A DNA stretch of 64,000 nucleotides, from positions 314,679 to 378,678 of the forward strand of contig BDGG01000003.1 of NCBI GenBank assembly GCA_001949185.1, given 5' to 3'. The stretch is from Ramazzottius varieornatus (lineage: Eukaryota > Animalia > Tardigrada). The notes below the pieces were generated by a model. It saw nothing but the letters and a program-made list of their open reading frames with translations. It had not been told where the DNA came from and did no database searches. Positions 13,954-26,935 of the stretch are shown piece after piece. A program made the position numbers and the translations under genes. How positions within the stretch are numbered: position 1 is the first letter of the stretch; each line of letters opens with the position of its first letter.

Positions 13954-16124
13954 CAAGGGATATATAGTTCACAGAGATGGTAGACATCGTAGAAATGGGA
14001 GAAGCAAAGAGGACCCTTGCACCAACCGCAAATCAATATGACAGTGTGTTTACAGTTTTCGTGGAAGCAATGACTTGTCGTGGAAGCAACTTATCGAAGC
14101 GAAACTCGGCAGGGTTGACGTATCTAATCCATCCATCTGTGTATCCGGATTCGTACCAAGCTGCGGGAACAAGATTCTCAAATCTAGGAGACTGGAACTG
14201 CTGATAGATTAACGAATGTAATCTGAGTATTACATCCCTGTGATGCATCTGGATAGGTGGGTTGTGCAGAATCACGAACTTAGAAATCTTTTTGAAGAAT
14301 CCTTTGTACATTCTGAAAAACAGAACATGGAGAGGCTGGATACCTCCGATCACTTTCAGTGGGATTCGGTGCATTTCGTATTCCACGTTGTCAGGTTTGA
14401 GTTCCATCACAGAGTCTTGATCGTTGAAAGTCGTCCAGGAATCAGCCAGCTGAATGCACCGGTCCACCATATGAGGAAAAAAGACTTCAGCACACCATTC
14501 CAAGTAGAGCTTCTTAGCCATCTTTCCTGATGTTAAAGCCGTCACGTACCAATTTTCAGCTTTGAACATCGTGCGAGTTACAATTGGCCCAAATACTCCC
14601 TTTGGTTCTTGCAACGTCAGAAAAAGCTTTGGAAGAAACTTGCGAGTTCCAGGAGAAACAGTCATCATTACGGTGTAACTATGAGTCATAGAGTTTTCGG
14701 ACTGGGTTATAGCTTCCACGTGTTTAACACCACAAATATCCAACGTACGACCAGGTTTCATCTCATATTCAAAACCTGACTGATCCGCATTCCACAGACA
14801 GTCCAGTCCGTAATCTGCGATCCTTAATCGGACGAGAGCTACACAGTCGGCAGCGCTCTGTCTCACCTTTGGAAGTTTCTTGATGGACTTTTCAGTCACA
14901 AACTTCGTGATCTTTCGATCACAAATACTGTAATACCTGAAATAGTTAAATAACTGATTAGTTTTAACGATAGATAACAAATCTATCGTCGCAAACTGAT
15001 AGGAAAATATACCGTTTTAGTTTTTCAACCCAGTCAGGAGACGCTTTGAACCCCTCCAAACCCACGGCCTGATTTGCTGTAAGTGCCCATCGACGGAGAT
15101 CCAGATCCTTGACCACATGCTTCTTCTTCTTCTTCGCCAAAAAGAACTGCTTCCCAGTTTCCAGTCTAAGCGCTTTCAGCTTGTCCATACGTGAACCACC
15201 CGTTTCCACATGCTTCTCCCAATCTTGCAATTGACGGACACTGGTTACTCTTGTAAATCGATATTGGACTGCTGTAAGACTGCGCCGTTTTTTCGAAGTC
15301 GCGTTCTTCCAAAAGGCAACCGAACGTTTCTTATAGTCCAAGTCAATCATCTGACTGGGTTCGGCTCTTGGATCTGGAATCTTTGGAACGAACAGTTCAT
15401 GTGAGGAAGGTTCAGTGCCGCTGGAAGGAGGCTCGGTCGTCAGGTTGTCATCGAACTCCGCTTCGTCAGGAGCGCTCAACAAGTTGAAGCTAATGATAGA
15501 CTACTCAAAATCCTCGAACGTTGCATGATCAATTTGCAGATCACACTGCAGATCTTCTTCGATTGCTCGTAGAGGTGTGTCAGTTCCTGTAACCTTCTCG
15601 TCAATTAAACCTAGACAGTGACAGGTTAGTACCAACTTCCGACATGGTTTTTAGCAATAATTTCGATTTGAGTTACATAATCAGTCTTACCCCTGAGGAC
15701 TTCCTTCAACAGCTTATCAGCTTCACTTGGAAGTTAGGGCATCGTCAAGCTGGAAAGTCTGTCTATAATCCACTTCGAGAAGCTTGAGAACATTCATCGG
15801 ATTGACGGCGTCCATGTTTCACGGAAGACTCTTGCAAAGATTGAATGAGTTTTCAAAAAGGATGCCACTTGAAGGCTGAAAAAGATCAGTACAGAGCAGC
15901 ACTCAATCAAAGGCAAATCAATTACCGAACAATCAAACGTTTTGATTTGGCCATGCCGTTTACGTCACCAGCGGCAAACATGTACTTAACTTTCTCTTCC
16001 CATAATCAATTTCAGGATTTCTTTTAAGACCTTTTGTTTAGCCCAATCTGCGGAGGAAACTGTCCTCTATCAGACTGCGCATCCTGAATCTCGTCAGAGG
16101 GAACCGATTGGCGTTAATCCCTTG
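13954..16124 (-). mobile_element. Degenerate Tc5/pogo-like (CENP-B HTH + DDE_1) transposon
   Basis: FKASPDW HTH, WNADQSGFEYE..RTL, ADSW and IQPLHV motifs in ORFs 14033-15482; only an 8-bp CAAGGGAT/ATCCCTTG terminal match, so ends are tentative. Confidence 0.75.
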
Positions 16125-16938
16125 TCAGAGCGTTGGCTACGGGACAAAACGTGATGGGTCATGTTCCTGTTTCGGATTTTAGCACTGCGTAATTCGCGAG
16201 AGGCGGTCGCAGGTCAATTCGCGGGCCGGCAAACCCTATCGAGTTTCAGGTCCCGAAAGCGGCAGACTGGTATGACAGGGAAGAACCACGAACCGGAAGT
16301 GAAGCCTTGAAGAAAGTCCGCACGTGTACTCTTCATACGCGCATTATGCTATACTTGGTTCTCTCTCGTAATGGCATGAACGAGCTGGGATGAGGTAGCT
16401 GATTCCTTCGCTGCAATGGCTTCGCACTGACAAACACATTCCATTCGCCCTCTCGATACGCCCACCGACAGTGGTACAGCATATTGCTTATCTCCTTCTT
16501 TTTGGACTTTGGACCTTGTTAAAGCCGACCGCCATCCTTCTCAGCTTAATCACAGATAACGCTCCCTATCCGTTATTCGTTAAGTTAGTTCACAGTTGGT
16601 GGGCTTTCCCATTGTCCAGACGCGGTACACCATGAAAGCCTACACCGTACCGTACATACGTCTCCATCACAAGGGTCTTCAAACACAAGCTGTACACCGT
16701 GAAGCAAACCCCGTACGCGATAACGGTGAGAGCCCTAACAACCCAGTGGAGTGGTCTAATTACGAGAACTCAGTCCGGGTTTAAGAGAATATTATTACGC
16801 TGCGAGCATTGCGTAATGATACCGCGGAGCGGCAGATGGCGCTGCTGTGCTCCGCTTTCGGGCCCTAGAACTACCATCAAATTTCTGCATTTCATAACAA
16901 CAAAATCAGCGAACAGCTGATCGTTCGTCGCTTTTGCA

Positions 16939-18072
16939 ATGTTGCTGTTGCAGCACGGCCAGTTATCCCAATTGATACGACAGCTGGAGCGCTCTTTACC
17001 TTTTTCCTCCAGCGTGAGTAGCATCAACTGGCTTGGTAAACCGGTAAGTTCAACTCTTAACGGTGAGATCCCACGTTTTCCTCTGCAGATTCATCATCTA
17101 GCTAACGAGCAGCTGCGCCACAGGCTCCAATGGCCAGGAGTAAGCTTCGTAGTGGACGCCTTCCCGAACTTTTCTGTCTGCATTGCTCGCACCTGCTGCA
17201 CTGACAGGGTTCGTCGACTAGATCACACTTTCCAACTGTTGCCGTACAGCTCTGTACAACACATGCACATCATATTACAAGCTAATGATTTTTACAGGAG
17301 ATCGCACCATTCGTGCACGACGTTGGAGTTTTTGTCCACTCAACAAACTCAGAGAAACTACAATCCCTACTGGAAAATTCACAATGCCTGGACTGGAACC
17401 GACGCATGTACTTCCGCGTAGTCAAGCACCCGCATGATTCTGACATCGTCGTGAAGACTTGCAAGGCTATGGATGGCACAACCACCATAGAAGACCCTGC
17501 TGTCTGCATCCACTTTGATTTAATAAAAAACCCGTCAAAGTGAGACATTTCAATCTTCTTCACTTTGCAGCGAAATGTTGCACTCCAACCTAACGTACTA
17601 ATTTATATTGTCCAGGCACGAATTACCCAACGGATTTGTATTAAGTGAACTGAACGAGAACCATGCCGAACAGCTGATTCAAGATCGGAACTTTGGATGT
17701 CCGAGACTAAACCTGCTTTTCTACCGCTACATCCTGAAGAACTACCCGAGCGCCGCTGTCGTCGAACAAGGAAGTACCGTGCCTGTTGCCTACATTGCCT
17801 ACCGGCCGGAAGGATGCTTAGCTTTAGGCTACACAAACCCCAATTACCGTGGGAGAGGTTTTCTCAAGGTCGTGGTCCATGAGATGCTGAGGAAGCTGAA
17901 GCAGTTAGGTTTCACTCATACGTGCGGTTACGCGGCTGCAAACAACTATCCGTCGGTCAAGGGGATGTTGGCAGCCGGCGGAGTCATCGTAGAAAACTAC
18001 CAACCCGATTTTATACAGTACATTCCGAGGCACTGGACAGAGGATCAATGTCTGTCGCGATTTCAAGCCTGA
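16939..18072 (+). CDS. Glycine-N-acyltransferase-like GNAT (FR47-like). Exons approx 16939-17013, 17089-17208, 17298-17539, 17616-18072
   Basis: C-terminal GNAT motif A (GYTNPNYRGRGF) and NYPS; N-terminal L..SLPFS..IHH...F.VD.FPNF pattern typical of GLYAT-like proteins; GT-AG introns. Confidence 0.75.
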
Positions 18073-18151
18073 AGACTTCCTTAGCATACGTTACTGAACT
18101 TTTGATTTAATATTGGTGTTCCGGACCGGACTTCGCAACGTAAACCGGTAG

Positions 18152-18351
18152 CAGTGTTGTATTTAGTTTCAGTCCCTCATTTAGTTTCAGTTTTCGTTGG
18201 ACTGAAATCAGTTTAGTCTAACGGCATATCAGTATCGTTATAACGAACTGCTTTAAATCAGTTTACATATCAGTTTACAAATCAGAGACTGATACAGCGT
18301 GAGACTCAGCTGATTTCAGTCCGACGAAAACTGAAACTAAATACAACACTG
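18152..18351. mobile_element. 200-bp MITE
   Basis: TIR CAGTGTTGTATTTAGTTTCAG / CTGAAACTAAATACAACACTG plus an internal inverted repeat; no clear TSD. Confidence 0.75.
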
Positions 18352-19075
18352 GTCGGGTGCACTGAACGATAGGCTCATAAGACTGAGCAAGATAGTAAAC
18401 TTGTTCAAGTAGTCACTTTCCCCAATAGAGGACTACTAGAACGTTGGAGGAACGGATTCTTCAAGGTTGTATCCGACGAACTCTTGAGATAGCTGAAATA
18501 AGTCGGCGACAAGTCTCCCTACGCTCTGGGCAGCGCAGAGGGCGCCTCCATGAAAGCCATGTTGGCAGTAGGTGGCGTTGTTTACACAGTAAAAACTGTG
18601 CAGCGGCGGGCATGGAATGCGTTCCCAACACCTGGACCAATGCCCGGAACTTCTCAAACGCCGGTAAGAGATGTATGTTCGCTTTTGAGAACTATTGTGG
18701 CATCGTAGAATTAGAGTTTTGGACTAAGATATAATCCAAGAACCTCACGTCGGCTGACTGCAGATGGCTTTATACCGAAATCGAACGCTTATTGATTTCT
18801 GCAATAACTAAATATAGACGCCACTGTCGGACACTTGGCTAGACTGTATTGGCGGCAGACGGCGCGAGTTATTTCTTTTCCATGTTTACATGGGATCTGC
18901 CACAGCGAGCAGTTATCGATCAGCAAGCGACCAGGATCAGCATGTTAGCCAACATCACCCCAGTTGCCGAAATGTATTGCCCAACTTGAAGTCTCGTACA
19001 TAATCAGTTACAGTGGTATCGTCGTTTGATTCTTTCAGTAAATAAAGCAGCGCGTTTGACATTAGCTTCCACGTT

Positions 19076-20284
19076 ATGGTACCTCAAGAACCCATTATGG
19101 CCACCCGACACCTTCCTCCGCGAGCAAGAGCCGACAACGTGCACATGGATGAAAGGATAATTGGCCAAGAGATCGAGTCAGGATACACCCGCTTCCGCAC
19201 GATCATCGTCTTCGCTATCATTTTCGTCTGCTTTGCTTTGGTCTATCCACGATTCATCCATCCTGCTATCAAGCAGGCATTTGGCAGCAAAAGGGACAAC
19301 AAGGGTGAGCCTTTCGAGGACAAATTCCTACCGCCGAGGTTCCAGCAACGTCCAACGATGACGCATCCTGGACATCCTCCTTCGAACATGCAAAAAAAGT
19401 AAGATGCACTCATTTTGCTTCAACGTCCAACGCACAGAAAAAGGGTTTTACTATCGGTTTCTTTTTTTCCCGGCGGCAGGCCGACACATCATCCAGGTTC
19501 GCGCTTCACCGGAGAACACGGCCATGTACCTGAGTCCAAAGGAGGGATATACTTCATGTTACCCTTATACACCGTCGGTATTATCGTCTTCCTCTTGTAC
19601 ACGTTCTACAAAATCCTGTCGCGAGGATCGTACCAAGCTAAAGACTTATATAGTCCAGCCAACACTTCTCCATCCAGTGTTCGGTATAACCCGGCACAGC
19701 AAAGCTTCGTTACCGACCCTGTCGCCGCTCACTACGAAGACCAAGTCTTGCAGGTTGACATTGAGGACGACCAACAAGACGAACTGGAGGAAAACGCAAC
19801 GAAGATTACAGAATTTCAGTTACGAGCACTTGAAACAAAGCTGGCGGAAACGGAAGCTCAGATGAAGAAACTAATTGCACAAATGCAGGGCGCGGTGGAC
19901 ACGACTGCGAAGATCTTACCACAGGGGGGTATCGACACAGAAGAGCAGGAAGGGGACGAAGAAATGGACGATCTCGACGAGACCTCCGGAGGTGAGTTGT
20001 TGGACCAAGAAGAGAATGGCGAAGAGTCGGTGACAGTCGAAGATGAAGAACTCGAAGAAGAAAACACACCTACGGATGAATTGGCAGACGTGCGGATGGT
20101 TTCACAAGCGAACGGGAACATCGAGGGGAACGAATCGAAAAAGAGCGTGGAAGTGTTTGAGCAACAGTCTGTTACTAGAAGGCGACCAAAGATGGCCGAC
20201 ATGGGAAAAGAAAACAGAAGCCCGACATCGTGGAACGAGCCTTCAAATTATTCAGTCGTAAGGCAAGAAAATGTGCGAGACTGA
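19076..20284 (+). CDS. RIC3: RIC-3 nicotinic acetylcholine receptor chaperone. Exons 19076-19398, 19480-20284
   Basis: Two hydrophobic segments separated by a Pro-rich spacer; FMLPLYTVGIIVFLLYTFYK; coiled coil QLRALETKLAETEAQMKKL; acidic tail. Confidence 0.85.
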
Positions 20285-20539
20285 CAGCCTGTGGAACTAA
20301 ACGTTCAAGGTCACGAAAGTTTGATCACTAAGGACGTACGTCTACAATTAAGCTAACCGAGAGGCGAGTCTTCTTCCTCTGAAGACCTCGTGCTGTGCTC
20401 TTCATCGGAAGAAATTGCCTGCAATTTTCCGGAGTGTCATATTTGCAGTTTTCTCTTCGCAATAATACAGCTTCCCTTGATTGTCCCACTTCGCTCTCCA
20501 CCGCTCGCTCACCGTAGTCGATCCTGCGAAAAGTCAGGC

Positions 20540-22100
20540 TACATTACTGGGCGTTTATGGGGACTGCAGGTGAATGCCATGCACATAGTACGTGATAGGT
20601 TGTCCCGCGTAGAGCTGTCGAAAACCAGAACAGACCAGACCACTTAGAAAGTGGTTTATATGATTTATGAGGTTCGTGGTTTGACATCCAAACCGAACCA
20701 CTTCAAACCATATGGCATCTCAAACCAAACCACTAAAACCGGTTTCGATCTCACGCCAAACCATATGAACCACTGGTTTATGTGGCTTAATACGGTTTGC
20801 GGTAAAGGGAAATTTCATACGAAATCTGCAGATTCTGTGCTAGAAGTCGGGCCAAAATTGGCCGTCCGACAGTGCCAATCTCTGTCCCCCCACTGCCACC
20901 GTGCGCAGCCACATCGTTCTGAGTGCCACGGGATGCACAGCTTTAACTGGGTGAGCACTGTGTCATAAGCTGCGCGACATCAGAACTACGCCTTCCGTCA
21001 GGTAAAAATCGCAGTTCCGGCAGTGTTGGACAACACTGCTGGTGGAAAACTGATTGCACTACCGGATGGCTTGCCACGGTGCCTTTACAATTCCGGCACG
21101 CGCCAGTTTTGCCTGTTTGCGTGTGTTCGTAGAGAAAACAGCAACTGTGGCTCAGTTCCTTGTCCTCGGTGGTTATTTTCGTTGGTTAGTCAATTGAAGA
21201 AAACTGTCAGAATTTGCTATGTACTGGTGATCAAAAAGCTGTTCGCAAGCCGGTTCAAACCAGTGGTTTATGTGGTTTGGTTTGAATGGTCTGGTTTGGA
21301 GTTTAGACCAGATTACTTTTGGTGGTTTGCGGGAGAAACCATTTTCATTTAACCGGTTTGGCATGCAAACCACCACTTATACCAAACCAAACCAAACCAT
21401 ATGGTACAAACCATTGACAGCTCTATGTCCCGGATGGAAATTCCCGTGTTGGGAATACACAAAAACGAATATGACAACACCATGTTCGTGAACCGCGATA
21501 GTTCTGGCGATGGGTTGCAGCTATGATTGAAAGACCTGCAAAGTGCGAGACTGTGTCGTAGACCGGCTTGATTGTAAAAAAAGCACGACAACGCTGCTGG
21601 CTTACCGAGGGACGATCCCGACGGTTCTCGCATTTACGGCGGACGAGATCGTTTCTCCAGTTATGCACTCTCCTTCGTCGGCCAACGTTGGCTGGCATTA
21701 GAGAGAAAGTAAGGTTTGTATGCATGTTCGACCTGGAAGAGATTGTGCCTTACCATATCAAACAGGTACTCGTCATCGCTGTACGGATCGCCGCATAATA
21801 ATTCACCCGTCTACCTGAAACACAAACATCAGCTTCATTGCCGGGTCAGCTCAGAAAGGTAAAAACGGTAAACGACAATTACCTTACTTACCCTGCAAGA
21901 TACCGTCCAAGAGTAATAAGTCTAGTCAGAGCCATGATACCCCATCCGAGAACTTCACTGATGTAAACACACGCCATCCGAGCAGTGATAGGTTTCTGAG
22001 TCTCGCGCTGTGGACAGCTCTCGTCACAGTCATGAAGTACCGAACATCCTTCCAGATTCTCAATCCCGCTCATATCAGACATCACATCTCGCTTTCAACA
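20540..22100 (-). pseudogene. Spliced SET-domain (SUV39/EHMT-type) lysine methyltransferase pseudogene
   Basis: Minus-strand exons give CDESCPQRETQK..LGWGIMAL..|*TGELL..DDEYLFDM|..VNARTVG..R|SFNHSCNP; in-frame TAG, frameshifts and a MITE insertion. Confidence 0.65.
20610..21425. mobile_element. hAT-type non-autonomous element with (CAAAC)n/(GGTTT)n subterminal repeats
   Basis: TIR TAGAGCTGTC / GACAGCTCTA; near-TSD TGTCCCG(C)G / TGTCCCGG. Confidence 0.75.
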
Positions 22101-22769
22101 AACTCCAGTAAGCTCGGTCCGTGCATACTTATTCGTTCCGCTATATCTTCGGGTCGCGACATTTTCCTTCAACAGCGAAGTTGAGTGCCAGCAGACCAAT
22201 AATTGCAAACCTCGTAACCGTCGACCCTCGCGTCAGCTCGTCACAGCAGATGTCGTTGCAGAGCCTTCTTTGTGTGGTACGACATGTCCCAGATCACCGC
22301 TTCAGCAGGCTATCAAGTTCTCTCACAAAAGCTGCCTCTTGCGTTCTCCTGGTTCCGCGTTATCATGCGCAACACCTCCATCTGTTCTGAGTCTCTTTCC
22401 CGAAGCCGGCGGCGCTTCTAGATCCTTCTGCTGTCTCTATGACGGCATTCGCAGATGGTACAGAAGTTCCTACAATGAAGAACAGTAAAGTCGAAACGGA
22501 TAGCAACACAAGCGAAATGCAGTGTTCCGGCATTTCCGCCGGATCCGAAGCTGGACTTTGAGCTTCTGAGCTTTCAGATATCCACACAGGGCAACAAGTG
22601 CCTGCCTCACAGGGGGATCAAAGCTGAGACTATGGAAGCTCGCCTGGCTGTTACTCGCAAAGGATTGATTGGTGTAAATGTGGATTGATTTGAACAATCA
22701 CAATTTCGCCAGATTTCGCAATTGTTTGGCCATGATCCCGCGGCTCCCGTATGGTTTTCCTGTCCTAAG

Positions 22770-23052
22770 ATGTCCCATGTAGCTACGTCGCGTGTCCAAG
22801 CCCTCAAGCTCTACAAGAATCTTTTGCGATACTCACAAAGGCTCCAGTATACTGATAAGGACTATTTTGTCGAGAGGATACGGACGGAGTTTGAACAGAA
22901 TCGCGACGTGCAAGACCAGGCTGAGCTGGATCGCTGCCTCAAGGTGAAACAAACAAACCCCCTTCCCTTTTGAAATTCGCGATTCCTGAAAGATAGTCTT
23001 GGTGTGTTTCTAGAGGGGAGAAGCTCTTATTCAGCGAAATCGCGTCGTTTGA
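22770..23052 (+). CDS. 70-aa LYR-motif mitochondrial protein, AltMIEF1 (MIEF1-uORF/L0R8F8)-like. Exons 22770-22943, 23014-23052
   Basis: SRVQALKLYKNLLRYSQRLQYTDKDYFVERIRTEFEQN..DRCLK|RGEALIQRNRVV*; LY(K/R)xLLR plus L-x-YTD-x-D-(Y/F) and IRxEF, as I recall for AltMIEF1. Confidence 0.8.
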
Positions 23053-23106
23053 AGGTGGACGAATTTCCGTTTTCGGTTTGAATTTCAATTACAGTAACTG
23101 CTCAAG

Positions 23107-23843
23107 ATGAACCCTTTGACTAATACGCGCAAGATCAACGAGCTGAATGATCGCGAAGCCCAGCTGAATATTCCCGAACACAAATCATGGCATGCGCAGT
23201 ACACCGAAAGCGCCTGGATATTCATCGGTGGGCTTCCCTTCGAATTGTCCGAAGGCGACGTTATTTGCATATTCTCACAGTAAGTCCTATCAGCGAAGTG
23301 TTTCACCAGCTTACGGAGGTAATGATGGATCTGTTTGTGTTTCTCAGGTATGGAGAGCCAGTCAACATCAACTTCATTCGGGACAAGAAGACGGGCAAGT
23401 TCAAAGGCTACTGTTTCCTCTGCTACGAAGATCAACGCAGCACCGTCTTGGCTGTGGATAACTTTAACGGCACGAAAATATGTGGACGAACAATCCGTGT
23501 GGATCATGTGGCCAATTATAAACCACCGAAGGAAGGCACGGACGATGAAATAGCCAGGATGTTAGCCGAAAAAGGCTGTGGACCGGAAGTGGCGAAGGAT
23601 TTGGAACGGATAGCTTCGTCCAAGAAAGACGACGGTGGTCGGCGTCAGCGCGACCGATCTCCCTCTGTCGAGCCTAAGGAAGAAGATAGACGCTCTGGGA
23701 GAGATCGGCTGGAAAAAGAAAGATCACCAAGGAATCGTTCGGAGAGGGACCGTGGAGAAACGAAGCGAGACGAGCGGAAGCGACCGGAAAGAGAACGCTC
23801 TCCTCGGAATCGACGCGAAGATGGCTCTCGCAGTTGCAGATGA
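23107..23843 (+). CDS. RBMX2: RBMX2 (Snu17/IST3) RES-complex RRM protein. Exons 23107-23279, 23348-23843
   Basis: [38 protein letters not shown]|[43 protein letters not shown]; RS/RD-rich tail. Confidence 0.95.
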
Positions 23844-24541
23844 AAGCAGAGGTTAAAAGACGGTTGATTGCTGCCGTGAACTTGATTGTTCTGCTTTACA
23901 GTATGTTATTAGACATTACGTCATGCCATTGGTTATGTCTGATAGGCACGTTACCGACATTACTTCACTGTTACCACCTGACCAGTGGTCAACGTAGTTT
24001 TCCGAACGGAATGTCCAAATGCTTTTTCAGACTTGGTTCAGAAGATCGAAATGATGAAATTGAGGAATGAAATTGTGCTCTTTATATGCCACGGACTGAC
24101 GGATATAATGCGGGACATCCAGAAAGTTGGTTTGAAACGCCCGGAGAATGTGGGAATGGTCGTGCAAACAAAGCCCAGATTTCCCCTTCCACCAGCCTGC
24201 ATGAGGTCATTGCTCAGCTAAACTTATCCTCGAGAAAATTAAATTCTCTCTCTGACCTGTGGGCTCTAAGGACGTATTCATATCCGCCGGCAGCCTTCGA
24301 TGAGATCAGAGAAGCCTTCCAAATTCCTGCAGCGCTGAGACAGCACATTTTTCGCACGAGGTACCGATCTCGAATCTAACCCACCGGCATTCAGACAATC
24401 AAGCGATCGGGCTACACTGAATCGAACTTTCCTTGAAATTCTGGTTTTGGAACGGCGTTGTTCTGACGTGATGGATCTATTATGGATTTTCCCGGATTAA
24501 CAGGGGGTGGACTTTTCGTCTGATCAGCTGATAGCGACGCC

Positions 24542-24548
24542 TATAAAA
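24542..24548 (+). promoter_or_regulatory. Candidate TATA box for the fasciclin gene
   Basis: TATAAAA about 90 nt upstream of ATG 24634. Confidence 0.45.
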
Positions 24549-24633
24549 GCAGCTTCTTCGATTTTCCTTGCAGCTTCACTGCTTCATGCTTTCCTCCTCA
24601 TAACTACTTAGACAGACATTTCTAGGTGGAAAA

Positions 24634-26401
24634 ATGAAGCTTCTACTGTGTGCTCTCCTGCTAGTTGCAGGTGCATCGGCTTTGAAGCGACAGACCGATT
24701 TCCTGGACGCCTTTCCCGAAAGCTGGTACGAGGAAGCCAAGAACGCCAAGGATGACGGCCTGCCGGATATCCCGCATTTCCTGGACGCAGATGAAGATTT
24801 GTCCCAGTACTTCGGCGATAGTTTGATGGCCACCGGCCGCGGTAACAAAAACGTTCTGGAAGTGGCTGCTGAGAATGGAGCTACCATCTTTGTCAAAGCG
24901 GCGAAATTGGTCGGCCTGGAAGATGAGCTGTCCAACACAAGTAAGTTCAGTATGCAAGTGCATGACCCATGCTGCGGTCAACCTGGCGCATGCGCAGTCT
25001 TACGCGTCAGTGCGCATGACAGCTTGACCAGTGGTCCGATGCGCAATGTATCACCCTGTATGGAGTGTGACGTCATTCATCAGTTCATGGTGTTAATCAA
25101 GAATCAACCGATTACGCCGCTCTTCTGCAGACAACATCACGGTCTTCATCCCCACCAACCGAGCTTTCCTTCGTCTGGATAAGCTCATCTACCTGTACTT
25201 CCTTCGCTACCCCATGCGTCTTCGAGCCCTCATCCAGTACCACATGATCAATGGATCATTCCGCCTGGACAAGCTGAAGGACGACCGAAGCTACAACACC
25301 CGTTTGAGAAACTTGACGGCTCGATATGATGTGTACGGTCACGACCACAGCAACAGGACGGTAAGAAATTTCTTCGCGGAAATTCGCCTCGAGTTGGCTG
25401 ACTAGCGGTTTGCTTTGTGTATCGTGCAGACTCACGTCATTCAAGGGGCGCACATCAACTGTGAACAGCGCGACATGGATGCCTCCAACGGTGTGGTCCA
25501 TTTCATCGACGACGTTATCCAGCGCATTTCCTACTTCAGCAGCTACAAGGCCCTGTCTGGATGCCCGCAGTTCAGCACCCTTTTCGACGGTTTGGCTGTG
25601 GCTGGACTCACCGACAAGCTAAAGAGTGCGTTCCTGTTGTTGTTATAGATGGAAGAAGGAAATTTACCGATAGACAACCTTTGGTGTTTTCAGATGGTTC
25701 GCTGACCATCCTCGCCCCGACTGAGAAGGCTTTCCGACGCCTTCCTGAAGGCGTATGGGAGAAACTTATCAAGGACAAGAGCGCCTTGACCGGTAAGACA
25801 TCTGATCCATTTTTTCATATTCGAAATTAGCTTAGAGAAAGTCTCGAAACTCTGCAAACAAACCCGAGAAGACTGGTCTTTGATCCAAGTGGCGCACGCT
25901 TTCAGCCTTACCGGCCGGAAGTGTACTGCTCTTGGAAAAGGACCTTGGCGAGTTGAATTGCCTATGGTTTAACTACTTCGAGTTTCGACTGAAAGTCGGA
26001 ATTGCCGTGAAATACTCTGGAAAATTCACGGGTTATTTCTACAATTGTAGCTGTCCTGAGTATGCATGTTCTGAACAAGACCTACTTCGCACGAGGTTTC
26101 CGCGATAACGACGTTCTGCCTTCGCTGAACAAACAGTCGACCGTGACCGTTCATGTTCGAGGAGACCGTACCGGTACGGACAGTACTTTTATTCATGTCG
26201 GAAGGTAAGGTAGACATCTTTCACTGACTTCGTCTTTCAGGTAAGGAAGCCAACTGCCGGAATTGCCGCTACGAAGTCTTCGTCAATGAAGCTAAGATCG
26301 TCTACTTTGACGGAGTGACAACCAGCGGAATCATTCACGCCATCGATCGCGTCATGATCCCCAAAGGCTTGTTAGAAGAACTCACAGGTGAAACTGTGTA
26401 A
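24634..26401 (+). CDS. Secreted two-FAS1 (fasciclin/TGFBI-like) protein, about 6 exons
   Basis: Signal peptide MKLLLCALLLVAGASA; TVFIPTN and TILAPTEKAF (H1); ASNGVVHFIDDV and SGIIHAIDRVMIP (H2). Confidence 0.85.
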
Positions 26402-26935
26402 CGCGTCGAGTCTGCTGTACTCTGGTTCAAATAACTTTCCGCTTCGCATGATATTCTGTTCTTTCTCTCTGGGTTGATTTCCTTCTTTCTGCTCGGGTAC
26501 GCGTTGTGCTGTAATACTGTTTTCGTTTTATTGAATTTCGACTTTCAGCCTACAACGCAGTACTGATTTGGCTATTTACTTTCCGCGAGCAATCGACTTT
26601 TGCGTTGTGATAAAGTTGGCTTGCGTGTAAACAAAGGTGAATCAGTGACGAGGATCGCTTTCTGAACAGTTCTCGTTAGCCATACCACGAACTCACAGTA
26701 CCGGTTCGACATGAACCTCCTTTGCAATCGGTCAGTTCTCTGCTGCTCTGCTAGAATTCGACGGAAATATTTAGTGGCGGGAATTACTTTGCGCTACCTT
26801 GCCGCCACCATTCAAGTTTCGTGAAAAAGCAAAGCTGGTTGGTTATAATATAGAATAGCATATGGTACATCAGTACTCTAATATGAACAGACATATATGC
26901 AACAAATGTTTTGAAAATAGGCCTTGGTTTTACAG

